Shown here one piece after another: positions 35,900 through 40,358 of a DNA stretch of 40,358 nt (position 1 is the stretch's first letter; every line of letters begins with the position of its first letter). The notes under the pieces are model-generated. The model saw nothing but the letters and a program-made list of their open reading frames with translations, searched no databases and was not told the DNA's origin. Made by a program: the position numbers and the translations under genes. This stretch comes from a virus. Its lineage: Duplodnaviria > Caudoviricetes. Location of the stretch: positions 1 through 40,358 of the IMG/VR virus record IMGVR_UViG_3300020181_000017. One strand, given 5' to 3'.

Positions 35900-36330
35900 A
35901 GGAAGTGGAGGGTTGTTGTGGCGCGGGTTAGCGGTTGTCTCTCTTAGCCCTATCAGCCGAAGCAGATAAGACGGACGGGCACTGGACCGAGTTTCTGCAA
36001 GAGATGAGGAGCGTATACGCGAGGGTTAGACGCCCTCCCCGTGCCCCACTAGCCCTTCACCGACAGTTCGAGTGCAGATGGGGGAATGAGATACCGGAGC
36101 CGTACTAGCGCGCGGCATGGGACCCAGCTTGGGTCGCCGGACGAGGATGCTTTCCCCTCGTCGTTCCCCACCTGCGCTGGAACGGTTCGAGGATAGACGG
36201 GGGAGTGTAATGCAGTGCGAGGCTGCGCGCGCAGCAACGTCTGCTAAAGCGGTAGAGGTTAGCGACCTCGGGGCACTCCACCGCCTGACCTTGAACATGA
36301 AAAAGCCCCGCGATGGTCTGCGGGGCTTTG
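35900..36330 (+). ncRNA. Candidate ~430-nt structured ncRNA of unknown class
   Basis: Promoter, end-closing stem, nested long-range helices with G-U pairs on the plus strand, terminal hairpin, no credible ORF. Confidence 0.6.
36301..36330. terminator. Bidirectional intrinsic terminator
   Basis: AAAGCCCCGC-8nt-GCGGGGCTTT, between the ncRNA candidate and the convergent H-NS-like gene. Confidence 0.7.
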
Positions 36331-36350
36331 TCGTACTCGTACGGTAGGTG

Positions 36351-36779
36351 TCAGGCCGCGATGTAAAGGCCATCCTTCTGAGCGATGGTGTTGGCCTTCT
36401 TGAGGGCTGCGAGCGCGTTAGAGACGCTCTGTTCCGCCGACTTGTTGCCCTTAGCATCGAGCTTGGCGAGTACGTCTGCGCGGCTGATGCCGTCGCCGCT
36501 CTCCTTCACAATCGAGAGCACCTGGTCACGGATACCAGTGCGCCGGGTACCGCCGCCAAGCGTGCTACCTCCGGAAAGGGTGCTGCCGCCGGAAAGCGTC
36601 ATGGCGCTTCCGGACTGCCGATTGCCCTCCACGAGCCGATAGGTGAAACCGAGAACGCGTAGCTCCTCGATCGCGGCGTTAGCGCGGTTGAGAGCCTCCT
36701 GCTTAGCCTGCTCGCGCAGTTGGTTCTTCTGCTCTTCGAGCTCGCGGATCTGGGCGTCGATCTCTTCGAGAGTAGGCAT
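36351..36779 (-). CDS. H-NS-like oligomerisation domain fused to a winged helix
   Basis: MPTLEEIDAQIRELEEQKNQLREQAKQEAL N-terminus; C-terminal IRDQVL..GISRADVL..VSNAL..LY; SD AGGAG. Confidence 0.65.
   Translation of the reverse strand: MPTLEEIDAQIRELEEQKNQLREQAKQEALNRANAAIEELRVLGFTYRLVEGNRQSGSAMTLSGGSTLSGGSTLGGGTRRTGIRDQVLSIVKESGDGISRADVLAKLDAKGNKSAEQSVSNALAALKKANTIAQKDGLYIAA
36546..36599 (-). repeat. 3 x 18-bp coding tandem repeat (TLSGGS TLSGGS TLGGGT)
   Basis: Seen directly in the linker of the H-NS-like gene. Confidence 0.85.
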
Positions 36780-36828
36780 GGTACGTCTCCTGCTGTGGTG
36801 CTCCTCTAGCAGTATCCCATGTAAAAGA

Positions 36829-36855
36829 AAGCCCCCGGCGATGAACCGGGGGCTT
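36829..36855 (-). terminator. Terminator after alpA
   Basis: AAGCCCCCGG-7nt-CCGGGGGCTT followed by TCTTTT on the minus strand. Confidence 0.65.
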
Positions 36856-36865
36856 AGTGGCTCCG

Positions 36866-37060
36866 CTAGGAGCCGGGGTTGGCATCTGTCGAGAACTTGG
36901 ATTGCTGCCATTCCTCAATGTCAGAGGCTCGCCACGCTACCCTTCCGGTGCCCAGACGTACCCGCTTAGGGAATTGTCCAGCGGCCTCCAGGCGCGCTAT
37001 GTGTGCTCTGCAATAAGGTACGTAGCTCTTCAGCTCTTTCGCAGTGATTAGCCGTTCCAT
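36866..37060 (-). CDS. alpA: AlpA-family regulator / excisionase
   Basis: RLITAKEL..IARLEAAGQFPKRVRLG..RVAWRASDIEEW; directly downstream of the integrase; SD GGAG. Confidence 0.88.
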   Translation of the reverse strand: MERLITAKELKSYVPYCRAHIARLEAAGQFPKRVRLGTGRVAWRASDIEEWQQSKFSTDANPGS

Positions 37061-37100
37061 CACGGTACTCCAATGAGGAGCATCGCGATGCATCCGGCGA

Positions 37101-38204
37101 TTACCGGACGAGCAACCATACCAGGGCTTCTTCGATCTTGCGAAGCGCTTCTCGCTTTTGTGGGAGGTAGCTCCACTGATCGTAGATCGCGTCGAGGTCT
37201 TTGGGTGCGTGGTTGAGAAGGTGCTCCGCGATGTCTCGGGGAACCCCTACCCTCGCTGCAAGGCTGCGGAAGGTGCGCCGTAGATCGTGAGGCGTCCAAC
37301 CGCTGGTGCCGGATCGTTTCTGTACGGTGGCGACCACCTGGGACAACCCACGCGGGGTGATGTGCCCCTCCCCCCACCTGCCGGGGAAGAAGTGCTGGTG
37401 GTTGTGCTTCGGTAGGATGTGCTCCGCCAGCGGCCCAAAGGGGATTGAGTGGGTTCTCCCGTTCTTCGTGTGGTCGCCAGGGATCGTGAGCACCCCCTGG
37501 AAGGCCCAGGATTGCTCCAGGACGCACGTTTCCTGCCTGCGGGTACCGAAGAGCAGCATCGCCCGCACAGCGGCCTCTGAAGGGCCTGTACAGGCGTGCC
37601 AGACGGCGACGACCTCCTCGTCAGTGAGGATGCGGGTCTTCTTCCTGTCCTTGCCGGGTGCCTCGTAGCCCGTGAGGGGACTGTAGCGGAGGTAGCGGCG
37701 GGGAGCGCGGACGCACCAGTTGAAGAAGGTCCGCAAATAGCGGAAGGCGTGGAGCTGTTCGCTCGGTCGGTCCTTCAGCTTGTCGAGGCAGCGCTTGATG
37801 TCGGCGTCCTCGATGTCCGCGAGCTGCATCGGCTCAAGGTGCTTGAAGTGCAGCTTGAGGGCGCGGGAGACCTGGTACTTCGTCCCCTCGCTCTTGTCGG
37901 CGTAGTGGGCGTCGAGGAACTCGTCTCGGGCCTCGCGGAAGCACTTGTGTTGTGACTTGTGCTGCCACTTAGGTTCTTCGGCTAAGAGCTTCTTGGCCTC
38001 AAGGCGCGCGGCGCTGAGAGGAAGGTCGGGGTATTGGCCGATCGTCACGAGCTCACGCGAGCGGCCTCGCATACAGACCCACGTCTTCGTGTGCTTCCCA
38101 ACGCGGATGCCAAAGCCCCGCGTGGTCTTGCACATGTAACGGATGGGAGGGGTACCGCCTTTGAGGGCGCGCACCGCCACGTCAGTGAGATGCACGACCG
38201 GCAT
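37101..38204 (-). CDS. int: Tyrosine integrase with N-terminal arm-binding domain
   Basis: Catalytic R (GTRRQE), K (TKNG), HDLRR, LNH and Y; N-terminus LTDVAVRAL..GFGIRV; start MPVVH with SD GGAG. Confidence 0.93.
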   Translation of the reverse strand: MPVVHLTDVAVRALKGGTPPIRYMCKTTRGFGIRVGKHTKTWVCMRGRSRELVTIGQYPDLPLSAARLEAKKLLAEEPKWQHKSQHKCFREARDEFLDAHYADKSEGTKYQVSRALKLHFKHLEPMQLADIEDADIKRCLDKLKDRPSEQLHAFRYLRTFFNWCVRAPRRYLRYSPLTGYEAPGKDRKKTRILTDEEVVAVWHACTGPSEAAVRAMLLFGTRRQETCVLEQSWAFQGVLTIPGDHTKNGRTHSIPFGPLAEHILPKHNHQHFFPGRWGEGHITPRGLSQVVATVQKRSGTSGWTPHDLRRTFRSLAARVGVPRDIAEHLLNHAPKDLDAIYDQWSYLPQKREALRKIEEALVWLLVR

Positions 38205-38206
38205 CG

Positions 38207-38460
38207 TTTGTCTCCTTTTTGTCTCGCAATCCCAAGGAACAGGGACTGGACACAGTGTAACGCCATGAGCAGGTCGCTCTGGCGAAACGGTCAATGGAAA
38301 CAGATGGATGCCGGTCAGTATGAGCGCGTATGTGCGCTATGAGGAGGTATCACTTTTTTGCTTGGAAGGCTGCTGCACTACCATTGTGCTATACCCGCCA
38401 AGTCAGTGACTTAGCCAAACTCCGTCGTTCCATTTGTCTCGTTTTTGTCTCCCAAACCCA
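38207..38460. other. attP region: tRNA-derived core flanked by arm-type repeats
   Basis: 28-bp direct repeats (25/28 identical) at 38207-38234 and 38433-38460, each holding two TTTGTCTC copies at 11-bp spacing, flank the tRNA fragment. Confidence 0.8.
38360..38398 (-). pseudogene. 5' half of tRNA-Gly(TCC), the attP core
   Basis: GCGGGTATAGCACAATGGTAGTGCAGCAGCCTTCCAAGC: acceptor 5' strand, D arm and anticodon loop CTTCCAA, then an abrupt break; no T arm. Confidence 0.88.
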
Positions 38461-38498
38461 GGCGGGCTCGGAGGCGCGCGGTTCTGGCACAAGCTGCC

Positions 38499-39101
38499 TT
38501 AGATCGCAATGTCCTCGGGGAGCTGCTCGTAGATCTCCCGGAACGCCTCGCGCGGATCAGCGCCAAGGGCACGGACGTACGCCACGAACTCCACCACATC
38601 GAGCCGGCGGAGCTTGTTCTCCACCCGCGACACGAACTGCTGGCCCTTGCCGAGGCGCTTCGCCACGTCAGCCTGATGGAGGCCGCGTTTCGCGCGGAGA
38701 CCAGCTACCAGGGACCGTACGAGATCGTAGTGGTCGGCCGGTGACTTCTGCTGGGCCTGGAACGCTGCTGGGATCGCAAGCTCAAATGGATGTGGCTCAT
38801 AGCGCGAGAAGAGTATCGAGCGGTTTGAAGACACGTGCGCCGGCAGCGTCGCACGCCTTCGGTCGTTGCACGGCCAGCAGACAATCTGGATGTTCGAGAT
38901 GGTGTGTGCACCACCCTTTGTAAGCGGTGTGATGTGGTCTGGCGACGGAAGTTCCGGTAACGGCTCTTGGCAAAGTGCACAGATCCATCCCTGTGCTTCT
39001 TGCAACTTCGAAAGTGATGTGTCGGTGATTGTACCGTCGTCAGTCAGCGCTATCTGTTCCGCCCGGCTACGCTTCAGGTGATTGGCATATCCTGCGTACA
39101 T
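38499..39101 (-). CDS. HNH endonuclease fused to an XRE-family HTH
   Basis: CALC..DHITPLTKGG.HTISNIQIVCWPCN, then LRAKRGLHQADVAKRLGK..FVSRVE; leaderless start after TGTTACACT. Confidence 0.8.
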   Translation of the reverse strand: MYAGYANHLKRSRAEQIALTDDGTITDTSLSKLQEAQGWICALCQEPLPELPSPDHITPLTKGGAHTISNIQIVCWPCNDRRRATLPAHVSSNRSILFSRYEPHPFELAIPAAFQAQQKSPADHYDLVRSLVAGLRAKRGLHQADVAKRLGKGQQFVSRVENKLRRLDVVEFVAYVRALGADPREAFREIYEQLPEDIAI

Positions 39102-39120
39102 AGAAACAGTGTAACATACA

Positions 39121-39378
39121 CTAAATCCGAGTATCACCAGGAACGTCCCTGACGATAGTTCGCAGAAGCTCAACGGGATCAGCACCTAAGGCGCGCGCAT
39201 AGACGCAGAACTCTACTATATCGAGCCGACGTACGCGGTTCTCGACCTTCGACACAAACTGCTGATGCTTACCGAGACGCTTGGCTACGTCAGATTGCAA
39301 GAGCCCGCGCTCTTTCCGCAACTGGATCAAATGCTCAACGGCTGAACTGTACGCGTCGGAGTGCACTGAGGCCGGCAT
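39121..39378 (-). CDS. XRE-family HTH regulator
   Basis: LRKERGLLQSDVAKRLGKHQQFVSKVENRVRRLDIVEF. Confidence 0.9.
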   Translation of the reverse strand: MPASVHSDAYSSAVEHLIQLRKERGLLQSDVAKRLGKHQQFVSKVENRVRRLDIVEFCVYARALGADPVELLRTIVRDVPGDTRI

Positions 39379-39492
39379 AGCGAGGCTTCCGCTTGAAAGC
39401 CAAGCTGAATATGCGCGTGGGAAGCGAACCCGCTTTTGGGGAACCCGATGTTCGGGTACGGTAGCCCTAAGATCATCTCAAAGGGGCTTTTC

Positions 39493-40017
39493 ATGCTTAG
39501 TCGGGCAATCGCGGGTATCGCCGCCGCGCTCTCCATTTCGTCGGCGGCTTCGGCCGCTGACTTCATCGGCTACGTCTCCGTCACAGGCGGGACCGTGGCG
39601 CACTTCGAGGAGCTCGGGGCGCAGTTTCCTGGCGCTATCTGGACGAGCGTGCTGGCCGCTAAGGGCACGTTCCCCGCGCAAGAAGACTGCTTCCCATCCG
39701 GCTTCACTCCGACCGACGCGTGCCGACAGGAAACGGTGGGCGGAGAGTTCCTCGCGGATCGGGGAGCGGAGGATCTGAACCAGCTCTTCAACTCCGGCCT
39801 CGACGACGGACAGAACGGCACGGGGCCGGCTGACTTCTGGATCGCGTACACACTCGATACCGGGGACCGGGTGGTGACGACCTTCCACCGCGTGGACGCC
39901 GACACCTGGACCAGCCCTACGCAAGCCATTCCCGAACCTGCGACCTGGGCGCTCATGATCCTGGGCTTTGGGAGCGTGGGCGCGATGATGCGACGGCGGA
40001 GGCTGGTCCCGGACTAG
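39493..40017 (+). CDS. PEPxxWA-CTERM surface protein (exosortase substrate)
   Basis: Signal peptide plus C-terminal IPEPATWALMILGFGSVGAMMRRRR. Confidence 0.9.
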   Translation: MLSRAIAGIAAALSISSAASAADFIGYVSVTGGTVAHFEELGAQFPGAIWTSVLAAKGTFPAQEDCFPSGFTPTDACRQETVGGEFLADRGAEDLNQLFNSGLDDGQNGTGPADFWIAYTLDTGDRVVTTFHRVDADTWTSPTQAIPEPATWALMILGFGSVGAMMRRRRLVPD

Positions 40018-40030
40018 CTACCGCTCACCT

Positions 40031-40058
40031 GGGGGTCGCTTCGGCGGCCCTCTTTTTT
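40031..40058 (+). terminator. Intrinsic terminator
   Basis: GGGGGTCGC-TTCG-GCGGCCCTC followed by TTTTTT. Confidence 0.8.
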
Positions 40059-40101
40059 GGCTCCGCTTGAGAACGTTTGGAGAACGCCGTAGGGGTAGCG
40101 G

Positions 40102-40323
40102 ATGCCTTCCCGTTTTCCGCCACCCTGGTGGATCGAAGATACCGGGCACGCCTTCGCGGTGAAGGACGCGACCGGCTTCGCCCTCACCTGGTTTCACTAC
40201 GCGACGCACGATGTCGTCGGGACGAACCCGGATCGGATGACAAAGCGGCAGGCGTGGGCGTTTGCGGTGAACTTCATCAAGCTCCCCGCCCTGCTGGTCA
40301 AAGACCGAGCTCCGCCAGCTTAG
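40102..40323 (+). CDS. Small hypothetical protein (RFPPPW motif)
   Basis: 73 aa; resembles, from memory, small proteins of alphaproteobacterial islands; overlaps the ninG 3' end across the circular junction. Confidence 0.65.
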   Translation: MPSRFPPPWWIEDTGHAFAVKDATGFALTWFHYATHDVVGTNPDRMTKRQAWAFAVNFIKLPALLVKDRAPPA

Positions 40324-40358
40324 CTTTGTAGTGGGCGATGCGCTCTTCGTATGGAAAT
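40235..40358. repeat. Terminal direct repeat, right copy
   Basis: Exact copy of 1-124. Confidence 0.97.

Larger units (their letters stand above)
1..40234. mobile_element. Complete circular temperate phage genome (podovirus-like) with integration and relaxase/coupling-protein modules
   Basis: TerS, TerL, portal, scaffold, capsid, adaptor, nozzle, ejection and lysis genes; no tape measure, sheath or tube gene recognised; integrase with an intact attP-like site; circular overlap. Confidence 0.9.

Noticed and set aside
35900-36330. tmRNA, RNase P RNA, SRP or self-splicing intron identity for the structured RNA
   Set aside because: No GAGGAAAGTCC, no tRNA-like ends with a T-loop and CCA, and no group I/II catalytic motifs seen by eye.
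35356-36457. ORFs 35356-35892, 35519-35803, 36026-36457, 36049-36237, 36117-36347 and the extension of 34758 up to 35780
   Set aside because: Pro/Arg/Ser-rich shadow frames across GC-rich hairpins, with no motifs or start signals.
38330-38398. Functional tRNA-Gly gene
   Set aside because: The sequence stops two bases after the anticodon loop; no T arm or 3' acceptor strand.
39400-39415. CCAAGCTGAATATGCG as the missing continuation of the tRNA-Gly
   Set aside because: It resembles the expected next bases but is only 16 nt, on the opposite strand, 1 kb away and lacks GGTTCGA; cannot be separated from chance without the host tRNA sequence.
1-40358. CRISPR array, retron or diversity-generating retroelement
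   Set aside because: No regularly spaced repeats, no reverse transcriptase motif and no template/variable repeat pair noticed.
1-40358. Alternative genetic code (TAG or TGA recoding)
   Set aside because: Hallmark genes are full length in the standard code, and all three stop codons end tightly packed genes.

Overview
The window is a complete circular element of about 40.2 kb; bases 1-124 repeat exactly at 40235-40358. It looks like a temperate, short-tailed (podovirus-like) phage with two intermingled gene sets. (i) About 1-28 kb, plus YopX/HNH, is the phage core: NinG, a small RHH regulator, an SSB-like protein, a lysis cassette, tail fibres, ejection proteins, nozzle, adaptor, capsid, scaffold, portal and terminase. 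Nearly all of these genes lack Shine-Dalgarno (SD) sites, several appear leaderless, and some promoters sit next to DnaA-box-like 9-mers. (ii) About 28-40 kb is an integration/mobilisation block with alphaproteobacterial signatures and mostly clear SD sites. It holds a tyrosine integrase with an attP carrying the 5' half of tRNA-Gly(TCC), AlpA, an H-NS-like protein, duplicated XRE regulators (one fused to HNH), a PEPxxWA-CTERM protein, DUF932, a CHC2 zinc finger, a replication-relaxation-like protein, a VirD4/TrwB-type coupling ATPase and a degenerate paralog of it. Between the coupling-protein operon and the H-NS-like gene lie about 800 bp of densely structured non-coding DNA, including a ~430-nt candidate ncRNA with its own promoter and terminator. 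Best candidate for a new system: a virion-encoding integrative element that also has a relaxase/coupling-protein route, possibly shuttling between an alphaproteobacterium and an SD-less, Patescibacteria-like partner. All family calls are by motif recognition; no database searches were run.
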